DNA of 64,000 nt from NCBI RefSeq assembly GCF_018977255.1, contig NW_024704742.1:90026001-90090000 (forward strand), written 5' to 3'. Every line of letters begins with the position of its first letter. The stretch's first letter is position 1. Origin of the DNA: Callorhinchus milii. Its lineage: Eukaryota. Made by a program: the position numbers and the translations under genes. The notes below the pieces were generated by a model that ran no database searches, was not told the DNA's origin, and was given only the letters and a program-made list of their open reading frames with translations. Positions 37,437 to 49,639 of the stretch are shown piece after piece.

Positions 37437-37889
37437 ACAGGGATGTAAAATTGTGACCTGTGATGTGTTAATCAACCCATTGCTAAAACATGCTGCCAGT
37501 TAATGTATTAATTTAACAACTTCTGCTCTCCCACTCATATTGTCACGTTGGTCTGGTCTGAAATTGTCTGCTACACTTACCATCTCTACAGACTGGCGTG
37601 GCAGCCTGTTGGCGTGGATGCCTGTGCATTGCAGTGCCAGTTCATGGATTTCTTCTGCTCTTTATGTCAAGGTGAACGGTTATCTCAGAAATTGACATTC
37701 CAGAATTGTGCAGCTTCAAGCTTATTGTCCAAGGGGAGGCGGTGGGGAAAGGTGTTACACCCTTGACTAGTCAATAAAAGACTGGATACTTTTTCAAAAA
37801 TATGTGAAGTCATATTTCACAGATCAATTTTCACCTAATAATTCATACATTTGTGTAATTTTTTTCTGTCAGCCTAATATACACGGATA

Positions 37890-38232
37890 TCCATTGTAAT
37901 GCTTTAGAATATTCAAGCCAAACTACTATGCATTCCACATATGCCAGGGAAGTTTCCTTTCTTCAAATGGAATGCACAGTTTCTCCCAAAGGCCCATATC
38001 CTGCTCACCTAATCCCAAAAAGTATTAGGTGCAAATTGGCAAGAGCCAAGGCATGGGAACCACAGAGTGTGTATTGTGGTACTGCTGGAGTTTAATCAGC
38101 TAAAACTGCAGTGCTTGCCATTCAGAGTGCTGCAAGTTTCCCGATTTGACCAGCTAAGATCATCCTATCCTTCAGGGCTTTGGTTTGCAAGGTTGACAGA
38201 AGTAGTGGAAAGAATCCTTGTTCCCAGTGACA
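37890..38232 (-). repeat. Family X repeat, 3' half
   Basis: GGTACTGCTGGAGTTTAATCAGCTAAAA and GGTTTGCAAGGTTGACAG match 11320-11440. Confidence 0.8.
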
Positions 38233-38659
38233 TAATTGAGGAAACTGGCATAGAAGAGATACTGAGGCAGGCTGTGTAAAACAACGTTTTTCAAATGAAG
38301 AGAATGAGAAAAAAAGAGCAAAAACGTGTTAAAATGTATCATTGGATTTAACATGAAAAGGTAATTGAAGACATGTGCTATTAATTTGAAAATGTCTTCA
38401 AACTTTAAAGCAAAGATCAATTCTAATTCTTTTGGACGTTTATAGGACATGTTCTTTATTACACCCTCATAATTAGGGAAACAATGTAGAAGACCCTCAA
38501 TAGCACTGCCCACCTTGTACTTCTTTTTCAATCGCTGTAAACATTGCATTGGGGGCTCTTTCTGCTGTTTTGGCTCTGCTGTACAAAATCATATGAAAAT
38601 GTATCAAATGCATCTGTGATACTCAGAATCTGCCAAGTAAGTGAACTGAGAGGTGAAGT

Positions 38660-38820
38660 AGAAATAGGTTAACGTACAGCCACTTTCACCTCTGGATCTG
38701 CTCAGACTCAAGCGTCCACTCCAGACTGATGGGCTGAAAGCTTCCTTTCTTTGCTGCCTAGAAAGGTTTTGCATGAAATGAATCGAGGCAGTTTTAATCC
38801 ATTTGTTTTAGTGAAAGCAG
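38660..38820 (+). mobile_element. LF-SINE-like 5' fragment
   Basis: TAGGTTAA...CTTTCACCTCTG...CCAGACTGATGGG...TGAAATGAAT aligns with 37035-37170. Confidence 0.5.
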
Positions 38821-39179
38821 GTGAAGGAAATTGAAATGTCACACAAGTGAAAGAGGGGGTGCTCTTTTCAGGCTGGTGGTAAGACATCCTGGGGTGAATT
38901 TCCAGGTGGCATCTATTAAGGTCTTCAAGAGAATTTTATTAATTTGTGCGAGGCCAGCAATATCTGGACACTCGGGAATACAATAGTTTCCTATGAGCAT
39001 CACTGTGATACCCGTGCTTCCTGATGTTGATCCAATCGGACTCAGCTGCAAACAGCACAATTTAACACTTTAAACAAACAGGAACCAAGCATCTTGACGC
39101 CCTTCAAGAAACAAAACGTTCCCCAATCTAGATGTGCTCATTGGAAAGTTCAGATCCTTGGTTCAGAATCACTGCAAAA

Positions 39180-39432
39180 CAACCCATTCCATCAACACTG
39201 CCATCCACTCATTCTGTTAACACTGCCATACATTCATTCCATCCACATTGCTGTCCACTCATACAATGAGAACTACTGTCCACTTATTCCATCCACACGG
39301 CTATGCACTTATTTCCTCAACACTTCCATGCAGCGCATCCCATCAATATTGCCGTGCACTGCATTCCATCAACACTGCCCCACAGTACATTTCACCAACT
39401 CAGTCATGCACTCATTTCATCAACATTCCACT
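39180..39432. repeat. Degenerate tandem repeat (CATTCCATCAACACTGCC-like)
   Basis: Several imperfect CATTCCATC(A/C)ACA units. Confidence 0.7.
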
Positions 39433-39551
39433 AGAATAGAGGTAGTAGAGCAGAAGGCAAGTGATGTTCAATTCAAGCGCGAATCCCATCTTTCCAGTCA
39501 ATGCTGAGTAGCGCTCCAACACACTTTGATTCCTGAACAGATATTCTATTG

Positions 39552-39863
39552 ATAATAATAATCCTTGCATTTGATATAGCGCTTTTCACGTCGGGAGGAC
39601 GTCCCAAAGCGCTTCACAGAATATACTGTAAAGTGAATTGACTGTATATTTGTGGGCGAATGCGGCAGCCAATTGCGCACAGCAATGTCCCACAAACAGT
39701 CGTAGATTGAAAATGACCAATTTATTATTGTTTTGGGTTTTGGAGGGATTATTATTAGGCGTGTGGAGTAAGGAAACCTGCCCAAGGTTTCGCCCTGCCT
39801 GGAATTGAACCTAGGTGTCTCGCTTGCAAAGCGAGTGCTCTAACCACTGAGCTACAGGACTCC
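39552..39863 (-). mobile_element. Young tRNA-Ala-headed SINE, short subtype
   Basis: Complete head GGAGTCCTGTAGCTCAGTGG through to the (ATT)n tail. Confidence 0.95.
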
Positions 39864-40469
39864 ACAAATCAGCTGATGTACTTCTGGTCTCAGAAGAATT
39901 TCCGATCAGCAACTCAGTCATTATTTAGGAATCCAGTTTTGGACACGGCCTTCCTTTCTACGTGATGCAGTTTACCACAAGATGACTTGGAACTGAGCCC
40001 ACAGGATGTAAGCCAAACCTCCAAAGGTTTGCCTACGTATTGCTCCATAGTACCCATTAGAAAATATGCCTATTCCTTTCTTCATATAGAGAATGCAGAG
40101 ATCATCTGTCCTGCATCTGGACTACAGAGCAATAAAGCTCTCACACAGATACTGTGCCAACTAAGGTGCAGAGATGAGTGATTCACCATGGAAAGGGAGC
40201 ATGCATACAGGGTGAATGATTTAAGATGCCAAGCAGAGGTAAGTGTGGTAGTGGACTCAATCTTTAACACAAGAGTTATGAAAACCAGCAGAATATCCAT
40301 AATATCTTGGCCACACTGCACGCAGAGACTGACAAGATCTCGGGATCCATCTCCGACTTGAATGCAGTCCACCTCCACAAATCTCAGTGCAAATAATTCA
40401 AATGGACAAGAGATATGAAGCTACTGCAGACCTCTGCCTTTGCCAATTGATGTAACTCAACCAGCCACT

Positions 40470-40690
40470 GGCAATGCCAGTATTTATCCCTGGTTGTCCT
40501 AAGAATGTTTTGGTGGGTCCTTTCTTTAAATCCATGCAATGCTTGTAGCGAGGGTGCTCCCATTGTGTTGTGCAGTAAAGAGTTCCAGAATTTTGACCCA
40601 GTGATGTTAATGAAGTGGCCTTATAGGTCAAAGTCAGGAAGGTAAGTGACTTGGAGGGAACTTGGAGGTGGTGGGGTCGGTGATGATGCT
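40470..40690 (-). mobile_element. LINE 3' end, same family as 2025-2250
   Basis: Minus strand ACCACCTCCAAGTTCCCTCCAAGTCACTTACC...CTGGGTCAAAATTCTGGAACTC. Confidence 0.7.
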
Positions 40691-42622
40691 GTTCTTGTTC
40701 TTTTGGATGGTCTCTGAACTTGAGGTGCACTGCTGCTAGGTCAATGGAAATGTTGGAAACTCAATCCTACTGTTGGAATTATTGAAAATTAGTTATTTTT
40801 CTGCGTCTGACCATGTGAAAGTGCTCGACTCTGCAACTGGTTAACAAAACAAAACATTTTCCCCTAACTATTGTCAATGTCTCTCATCTCGAGAAGTAAT
40901 ATTATAAGTTATAAGTCAGACCACCTATCCATACTCTGCATTGAAGCTATCTTACATAACCTGGGAAAAGATAAGTGTTATTCAAGGTCATTTCAAAATA
41001 ATGAAACATATGCTTAAAATTGCAGCACAGCTCACTCGTCGCTAAATTATTGATCCCTAGTGCAAAGGTCGGAGCCAAAGGCGCTTTACCTGGAAAAGCA
41101 TTCACTTCCTGGCACCCTCTGTTTGGAGAGATTTGTGCTTTCACAGTAGAAATCAGTTTCAGGAATGTGCAGTTTGTGTACCCGCTCTGTTGACCTCCAC
41201 TCGTCACCCCAGGAATCCTGCCAATCACGCAGTAAGAACTCAGAGAGGGGTCAGGGATGTGAATATACTTACTGGCATGGGCTGAAATTGACCTTCACTG
41301 TGAAATTTTAACATGTTCGGAAAGTATGGCACCCAGAAGGGGTGGCATCCCCAGCTCTTAGTTGGATCCGAAATGCAGAATTAGCAATGACCATAGGGTC
41401 CTCAATCTCATATGAAACAGGAAAAAACAAGAATTTACAAAGGCTGACATAAGAAAAGAATTCAAATAAAATAATAATAATAATAATCCTTGCATCTGAT
41501 ATAGCGACTTATCACGTTGCTGAACCGTCTCAAAGCACTTCACAGAATATACTGTAAAATGAATTGACTGTATATTTTGTGCATGAAACGCGACAGCCAA
41601 TTACACACAGCAGCGTCCCACAAACAGCCATGGATTGAGTTACCCTATTTTTATGAGGGATTACTACCCCCAGAAAAGCGATCCGCCAAACGACTAACTA
41701 TGGAAAAGAAGGCTAAACTGATGAATTAAAGAGACTGCAGACCTCAGAATTTCTCTGAACAGATCATTGCACATTGATTTAACATCAGGACAACAAGGCA
41801 TTAAAGGTGGGGGGGTTCACAGCAGGTTGCTCCCACATTGAAAAGTACTCAGTTCCAAAATTCCAACACCTCATTGGTGGAAATAACCATAAACCAGAGC
41901 AATAAAACAGTCGCCATGGATATTAAAAGGTAAAATCTAGGGCCCTGTTCTGTGCTGTCCCGTTTACCACCAGCTGACTAGCATACTATTTGACACTTCA
42001 TTAGCAGTTATTTATTTAGACAAAAAAAATAACAGTGGTGCAATGTTATTAATGGGTAGAGATTGTCCTTTGCATTGGCATGTAAGTGAACACTGCTTTT
42101 GCGCTGCACAATTAAATAAACATTAGCAGGGATCAAACCTTACACATCTGGTGGAGATTCAATCCCAGGCCCAGCTGTCTTACATACGTCATTACGCAAG
42201 TATCAGTTCAGGATAAAGGTTAGAGAACACACAAAAAGATTCAAGCAACATTGCAACCTATATACGGATGTTCCCACAACAAACCAATTTGCACGCAGTA
42301 AATACTGAAACCATTTAGGATCCGCTTAAGATATTAAACAAATATTAAATTGAAAAGCTCATTTATTGAATTGGAATATTTAGTCGGAGAAACAATACCT
42401 GTGGAAAGTGGGTGAGAAGAGGAATATTGAGCTCAGTTTTTGTTGAGTTAAGCTTGTGCTCCCCAAACCACCATTGAAATGCTGGAACATGAGTGATGGC
42501 AGATACAAAATCAGTGCCGGGCAACTTAATGACTCCAGGAACTTTTTTTTGGTGGCACAAACATCAACACAAAGTTGGGTTCTTCCAAAGTGTTCCCCCA
42601 TGGCAGTTATCACTGGGACAAA

Positions 42623-43040
42623 ATAATAGTCCTCGCATTTGGTATAACGCCTTTCACATCTGGAGGACATCTCAAAGCGCTTCATTGGAAATACAGTGAT
42701 TGTAGTATTGTAGTGTTGGTAGGTGAACTCAGCACCCCTTTGTATACAGCAATTCCTACAAACATCCATGAAGTGAACAGGTGAATGATTAATTTTATCT
42801 GGAGTTTGTTGGCCAGGACAGGGGGAGTAACTACTTTCTCTATTTGAATAGTGCCATGAGATCTTTAACGTCCATTTGAACAGGCAGGTAATGACAGTTC
42901 AATGTCTTATTCAAAAGACGGCACCTCCGACAATGCAACATGCTCGCAGCACTGCACTAGAGTGTCAGCCTAGACTGCGTAAGTTCAAAGTCCCAACTTG
43001 GGACTTGAACCTAATACCTTCAGACTCAGATGCAAGATTG
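42623..43040 (-). mobile_element. Deu-domain SINE, near full length
   Basis: Minus strand CTAGGCTGACACTCTAGTGCAGTG...GTCGGAGGTGCCGTCTTTTG...GTTAAAGATCTCATGGCACTATT...CCTGGCCAAC. Confidence 0.88.
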
Positions 43041-43806
43041 CTATAAGGCTGGCATACCAGGCTGATATCTCGAGAAGTAGAATGCTATTTTCAACCTTGA
43101 TAAGACCCTAATTTTTACTCCTATTTTATTTAGTGTGTGATATTTTATATTTACCCGATATATTTGTATTTGCAAAAAAATGGCACTCAATTTAGTTGGT
43201 TTGGTCAAAAATAATTGAAAAAGGAAGTGTTTAATGAAATAACCACGAATGAATCATTTTTAAAACCCTCAATCCACCCAAAACCCCCAATCCTCTCACT
43301 CAGTGTCCGATCCTGTCGCTGTAAAGTTGACGTAACTTATCATTATTGTATCTGAAGGTTGTTATATAAATGCAAGTTGCTGTTGTGTAAAGTTCATTAC
43401 CTCAACATTACACCTCAATATTAAACACGGACATAAGTTAATGTTTTTAACTTTGGAGAGAAATACAGTGGTCGAAAGATATTAAATATCACATCACATA
43501 CCGTATACTTCGACTTTAGAGTTTTTTTGAGAAACCTCTTAAATAAAACAAGCAGACTTCGACTGGTGTGAGGTATTACTGACTACTGCTTATTTTGATT
43601 ATGGTCAGGTACCATAGAGTCTTCAGAAGTGCCTGTCCATCTCCCTTGTTTAAACCCCTTGAGAGTCATGATTGACAATAGCCCTTTGGCCCGTGTGCAT
43701 AGCAGAAACTAAAGGTCCTGTATGTCAGTGGAGTGCTGGTCAAGGTACTTTCAAATCCAACCCAGTTCACAGTGAGGTAAAACAGGAGAGGGCTTTCAAA
43801 GCTTAC

Positions 43807-43852
43807 CACACTGCTGCATGTCCTGTATCGGATATTCCGCCCTTCACAGTTC
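43807..43852 (-). CDS. ADAMTSL1: ADAMTSL1 internal coding exon (mammalian exon 3 equivalent), end of TSR1: NCEGRNIRYRTCSSV
   Basis: ttctgtAG acceptor, GTAAGC donor, 46 nt, phase 2 to 0; peptide matches the ADAMTSL1 motif CEGRNIRYRTCS. Confidence 0.93.
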
Positions 43853-44261
43853 CTACAGAAAAATAACAAAATATACCAATTAAGTGAGAGAATATGATAG
43901 GAGATTAATTCTTTGATACATTGGTAAGCTTGCTATGTCAAACCATTTGGATACCACGATACGTTTGATCAGAAGTATATCTATGCAGAAGTTTACATCT
44001 TGAGAAAGTTTGATACATTGATTGGCTTTCCCTTGTTCTATTATTTCTTATGAAATCAATCACATGGTTTTATCATTAGTGTTTTGGATAGAGGAGAGAA
44101 TAAAAATTCATTTCAATTAAATTACATTTGTTTTCCACCTCCCACCTAAATTGGTCAAAGGAGCTGGAAACACTCACTGAAAATAATTCTAAAGATCCCA
44201 GAACTACAGGTGGGTGAGCAAACCAAGACTAGACTGCATGTTGCAGGCTTAGCTAATGCAT

Positions 44262-44445
44262 AAGGAGAAATTCCACCTGGCTCTAGATTTGTTCTATTTA
44301 TGTAGCATTTTAGAAGGTCCAAAATTTGGTAAATTCTTAAATACAGCCTAAATTTTGAAACCAATGTTTTGTATACTTCTTTGTACGAGAAGCAGAAAAC
44401 ATTCTTCAAAGATATAACCAAATTAAACAATTTGTTAAATTCTTT
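44262..44445. mobile_element. MITE family A, partial
   Basis: GGAGAAATTCCACCTGGCTCTAGATTTGTTCTATT. Confidence 0.7.
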
Positions 44446-44477
44446 TAGACAAATGCAAGGATTATTATTATTATTAT

Positions 44478-44705
44478 TACAACAACAAAATTATATTTAT
44501 AGAGCGCCTTTCACGTCGGGAGGACGTCCCAAAGCGCTGAACAGTCAGGTGTCGGGACCCGAGCAAGGGGGAGGGATGGAGTAGGGGTGAGGGAAGGCAG
44601 AGAGGTGGGAGGGCGACCGAAGGCACGATCGAAGAAAAGGGTCTTGAGACCGGCCTTGAAGGAGGCACGAGAGGAAGCGAGGTGAAGGGACCGTGGGATG
44701 GGCGT
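44478..44705 (-). mobile_element. Young L2 LINE 3' end
   Basis: Minus strand CCTCCTTCAAGGCCGGTCTCAAGACCC...CAGCGCTTTGGGACGTCCTCCCGACGTGAAAGGCGCTCTATAAAT...(TTG)n. Confidence 0.88.
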
Positions 44706-46724
44706 ACAGCTGTGGAGGCTGATGCTGCTAGCACCTGAGGTACGGAGGCACTGGCGCGAACCAATCAGGAGCCAATCTATATTATTATTATAGATACAAT
44801 ATTTTTATACAATAGAATATTTTATGCAATATAATTTTTATTATATACAATAGAATATTTATTCTGTTAAATATAATTTATAATGGAACTTGTTAAAATC
44901 CAGATGCTCTAAACTGCTGTATAAATAGAGTGAAACTAGACCCAGGATGAATAGTTCTCCTGCACTGTATCAAAGCAGAACTTGAACTGCTTTGTTGTAT
45001 AATGCAACACAAGATTTTCATCCCCAGATGACTTCGTAATTAAATGTACCACTTGCTGTTGTATTGAGGACTGCCTCATCTTTAGAAAAGTACTCCTGGT
45101 CGCACCAGAGCCTTCAGGAAGGGAAGGGCAACATTGGAATGAACATAACACAGAACTGCTGATAGTACATTAGCTGTGTAGAAAGTAAACCATGTTGGAA
45201 CATCCTCCCAAAGTGAAAGGCACTATACAAATGTAATTTTGTATTGTATTGTAAACATTTTTCACATGGAAAGTGTCAACAAGCTATAACTGAGCATTTC
45301 CTCTATAACCACCTGTATGTGTGCAGTATCAAATACAGTAAATATATCATATCCATAACTCAAGCAGACAGACATTGTTACATAGAAAAGTGAGCGTAAA
45401 AAAGTGGCCCATTGGAATAATCCACCCCATTCCACCTCCTACCCAACACTCTAACTACACTTCTCTGCTGGCTGGGCACTTATTCCAATTAAAGCAGCAC
45501 TATCCATCTCATATCAGTTTCCACTGTATTTCAGTATTGTTAAATGAAACAATACTTTAGGTTCCATTCTCCAGCTGGCAACGCAGAGTGACTAACAAAA
45601 TACTCCTGCCGATTGCTCTAACACCTGAAATCACACACTTCAATCACATCACATGTACATCAAAACACACATGGTTTTGCTCCTGTCCTTGATGACCACC
45701 ATCATTCTTGAATTATTTTTGACAGAATTTCAAGAATGTAAGATCAACCATTTTGTTTCAATTTGAGCAGCAAATATGTGTCTTGTGCATTTTGGGAAAA
45801 CTAGAAACGTGACTGAAAGGCCTCCCTTTAAAACCACACTGGGTCCCCAATGGGTGAGGTTATCCTCTGACATCAGAGACCATATGGTTCTAAACTCTGA
45901 GCTGTCGATGTCAGGACTCAAGATATAACGTTTAATGTCTATCATAAATCAGATTTTTTTTAATACAAGTGGTAGTTTTCAAGGTGTAAATTCAAACTTC
46001 GGCCAGCTCCGTGCAATGATTTGGATGGGTGTTTGCGTGTATATATGAGTATGTAAATGAGTGTGTATGTGTGTATGTGCTTGAGTATGTATCTGCCTAT
46101 TCAGTCCACACCCTTTCAGATTACCCTACTGTCTTCTCGTTACAGCATTAAGTTATTTCTTATATGAGCTTTACATCCTGTCCTCATCTATTTTTCTAGT
46201 ACCCAGTTCCAGTCATTAATAACCCTCTGTGTAAAGAAATACTCCCTGATGTCTATCCTGAAATTGCTCTTTGCAGCCCAGTCTTGTTCTGCTGCCTACA
46301 TGGTGAATGGAGAGCACCTTCACCACTATTCTGTATTAACTAATAATTTTGTTGGGTCAGATAATCTCCTTTCCTACACCTGCAGGAGATACTTTGCTTC
46401 TCTACTAAGGCTGGATAAGATCCATCACTTGTTGGGGTTAGCCCAAGATTTGATGCCAATAAAACTGCGCCATGAATCTTCAGCCATCAGCACTCTCCCA
46501 GATTGCCCACCAAGATTGTCTGTGGCTGTATTATACAGCTCCGCAGGTAAGCAGACTCTCCTTTGAGTTTAGGTTGCTCCAAGGAGGCATGTTTGGAAAA
46601 CCAGGGAGGTCTGCATTGATTCAAGGGAAATTTGGTGGTGTAGGTATATCCGGAACCCTGCAAGATAAGCATTAGGATGTGGTGCTGAAATGCCCTTGTT
46701 GCCTATGCAACTGTGCCTCTAGTG

Positions 46725-46864
46725 CAGTGGTGGTCAACCTCTTTGGTTGGCCAACAAAATAAATGTTTCTTGATTGAATATTTCTTCATTAATGCATAAA
46801 TGAAGACATATTCATTCAGCAAACATGTATTTTGTTAGCCAGCCAAAAAGCATGGCCACCACTG
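46725..46864. mobile_element. 140-bp fully palindromic hAT (Charlie-like) MITE
   Basis: Ends CAGTGGTGGTCA / TGGCCACCACTG; flanks CTCTAGTG (46717-46724) and CCCTACTG (46865-46872) match at 6/8 as an 8-bp TSD. Confidence 0.85.
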
Positions 46865-48289
46865 CCCTACTGGAAACAATAAGGAGAAGAAAAAAATGAG
46901 GGGAAAAAAAAGTTTAAAAAAGATTGTTGCAGATATGTTCCTGATAACTGTAGTAATGCCATGTACAACTGCATCATTTCTTAAGATGGTTTATATTATT
47001 GTGGCTGTTAGCTAGCAAGATTGTGGCCATCAAGTGATATGAAACATCCACAACCACAGAGATAAAAATTTTCAACACTCTTTAAAGTTCAACTAACATT
47101 TCCGGTAGCGGAGCCCTGTCCAATGCGGTACTGTATCTTTCCAGCCATCTTCCCTGGAAATAAACGATTGGCCGCAGGTCAGAGATAAAGTTTAGGGCTG
47201 TCTATCTGGCTTCACTAAAAGTAAGAAGCAGCACTCAGGAACAAACAGGCTGTAACAGTTTTCACATCTTAACCTCCTGAATAATTTACATGATATTCAG
47301 TGGATTTGTCTGCAGCTCAGTCATTCTTATGGAGGCTAACCTCTGACCAAGGCATCTTTAAACTGAGCAGAAACTTGATTAAGACGGACACAAATACTGT
47401 TTGCCATCTGCTAGTGCTTTTCTTATTGATTCATGGCTCAAGTCAATCTGAGGGGAGTTCTGTGCATTTGTGCCTCCCCACAGTTGCAGCAGTTAATATG
47501 CTATGCTGGCTTGATTGAGGCAAACACTTGTGATTTTACTTTTTTTTGACAGATAGATAGAAAGAAAGAGCAATTTGGGCTGCTATCGATTTTGAAAATT
47601 AGACGACTAGTTCAAAGCAAAACCGTGGCGTCGCCTTTAGCTGTCAACCGCAGGTTTAAACTGGGGGGAAGCCTTCAAAGCAATGGAGCAAAGCATTTGA
47701 TTGTTAATCCACGTTGTAAATTAGGAGTACTTTGTCAGGCTAAACAGCTGCAATTACTATCCGAGATAAATTGGACCAGGATGTAGCTTGTGTCACCAAG
47801 TTCCAGAGCTGTAGAATGGTAGTGGGTCAGGAGAATTGTTGCTTTTTTTTTGGTGGGGGAAATAAAACTAGCAATAGTAGATTGACAAATGCAAAGCAGC
47901 ATTTCAGAGGCACAGCGTGTTGTAGAAATAAATTGAGGTACTTGACCCCTTAATGCGGGGATCATGTCCGAGGAAGAAGAAATTGGGTAATTTTGCAGCA
48001 TAAAGAAAACAATAGCTTTGTGGCTTATTACCTGGTTGGCCGTCCTCTTTCACAGATGCTGATGTATTTTGCTGTTGTGGTTGTATGTAATGAACAGATG
48101 CTGAACAGAGTAACATGAAGCATGATGAATGGCTTCAAGCATGTGACAAAGGAATCCTTTCTGTCTGGTTTAGCTTGAGGCAGTAAGACAACCTAAATCC
48201 AAAGGAGAGGGCTGACAATCGAGAGACAATTTTGTTACAGTTTACACCGTTGGTGGTCATAGATGGACAAACAGCGGTCAGCTTCTCAG

Positions 48290-49222
48290 TCAGTGTTCGT
48301 AATAGCAAGCTGCACGGTTTTAGCTGGTTAAACTCCAGCAGAAACCAAACACACACTCTGAGGCTTAGGTGATCAGGATCAGGGTCGGATTAATCAATGA
48401 ACCAGGTAAACTATGTTTTAGGGCCCTGAGATTTGAAGGGCCCTGGATATGATTGACGCTTTTACCTCCTGAATGCACCTCTCTACTCTGAGGCTGGGCG
48501 GTGAGTGACAGTAAGAGTGGCGGAGCTGGAGATACAAGTCATATATCCAGGAGGGACGATGAGGTAAGCGGCAACTTGGAGAGCAGGAGCCATTTCTAGC
48601 AGCTGTAGAGCTTACCTTAGTAGTGCTGATAAAAGATTTTGATGCAGACAGTGTTGATAAATTAGTGAACTTTCTGGATTTCATATCACATATTAAGTGT
48701 GAGAAAACTGCAACAAATGCTTAAGTATATGAAACAGAATCACTTGGTGAAATCAACATTTCCAAATGTAGTAGTTGCTCTTCGTATGTTCTTAACACTG
48801 CTAGGAGTAACAGTATGTGAAGATGAATGCTTGATCTCAAGGATGAGTCTCATCAAAAACTTACTCAGATCTACAATGATCCAGGGTAGATTGAATGCAC
48901 TTGCAATTGTATCTATTGAGCAAGATTTAACATGTACACTAAGTTTCGATCATGTAGTTGACAAAAAAAGTATTTTGAAAAGGTGTTGTTGCTTATTTTA
49001 TGTAGGTTGTTCAAATGGCCCCAAAATGTGATGAATGTTAGGGCCTCCAGTCCGTTAATCTGGCCCTGATCAGGGTGCACCCCTCAGGAGAAAGAATACA
49101 CATTCCATTCAGGATAAATGGAATTTTCCATGTATACATGGAACACTCTGTAGTTTGGTTTGGATAGTCTTAAGAATGGCAATGGGTTTTCACGTGTGTC
49201 AGACACCCGGCTGACCAAAAGA
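48290..49222 (+). repeat. Family X repeat (3' half) split by a hAT insertion
   Basis: TTTAGCTGGTTAAACTCCAGCAG before the insert; GTGTCAGACACCCGGCTGACCAAAA after it. Confidence 0.85.
48380..49068 (+). mobile_element. Internally deleted hAT DNA transposon (Tip100/Zaphod-like) with a transposase C-terminal remnant
   Basis: TIRs CAGGGTCGGATTAA / TTAATCTGGCCCTG (12/14); TSD ATCAGGAT / ATCAGGGT; ORF 48699-49031 FPNVVVALRMFLTL...SRMSLIKNLLRSTMIQGRLNALAIVSIE resembles the hAT dimerisation domain. Confidence 0.92.
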
Positions 49223-49388
49223 AAACATTTATATTGTTAAATGTTGGTTCTCACCATTGCCCGGTGCCAGTTTTCACTGTGGTGCTTGGAGGCATGTAGA
49301 TCGTTCCTGGCTCGCAAATGCCTGGCACTAGTCGCAGTAGGATGATGTCATGACATTTCATAATGTGATGACATTATTTAGAATCACA

Positions 49389-49567
49389 GGGGAGATATTT
49401 CACCTGGGTCTAGATTTATTCTATTTTCTTAGTATTTCAGAATGTGCAGGACTTATAGAGAATCAGCTTCAACATTAAGACTGTATTTAAGAATTCCTCA
49501 ATTTTTTAATGCTCGGACATGCTACAAAGAAATGGAGTAAGTCTAGACTTCAATGTAATTCTCCCCT
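49389..49567. mobile_element. MITE family A copy
   Basis: GGGGAGATATTTCACCTGGGTCTAGA / TCTAGACTTCAATGTAATTCTCCCCT. Confidence 0.75.
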
Positions 49568-49639
49568 ATAATTTGTTTTAAGGGCTCTGAAATGGTATCC
49601 CATGTGAAGGATGCTATATAAATGCAAGTTGTTGTTACA

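Noticed and set aside
1451..43852. Assignment to ADAMTSL3 or to a catalytic ADAMTS protease
   Set aside because: Diagnostic peptides (CQAKGTTLVVE, DDTVIAIPYGSRHIR, YLETKTL, EKLPVEAKLPW, AVSEEPS) fit ADAMTSL1 better; no metalloprotease HExxH exon was seen
48699..49031. Domesticated ZBED/ZMYM-like gene
   Set aside because: Short remnant enclosed by TIRs and a TSD, with the conserved motif degraded and no catalytic core
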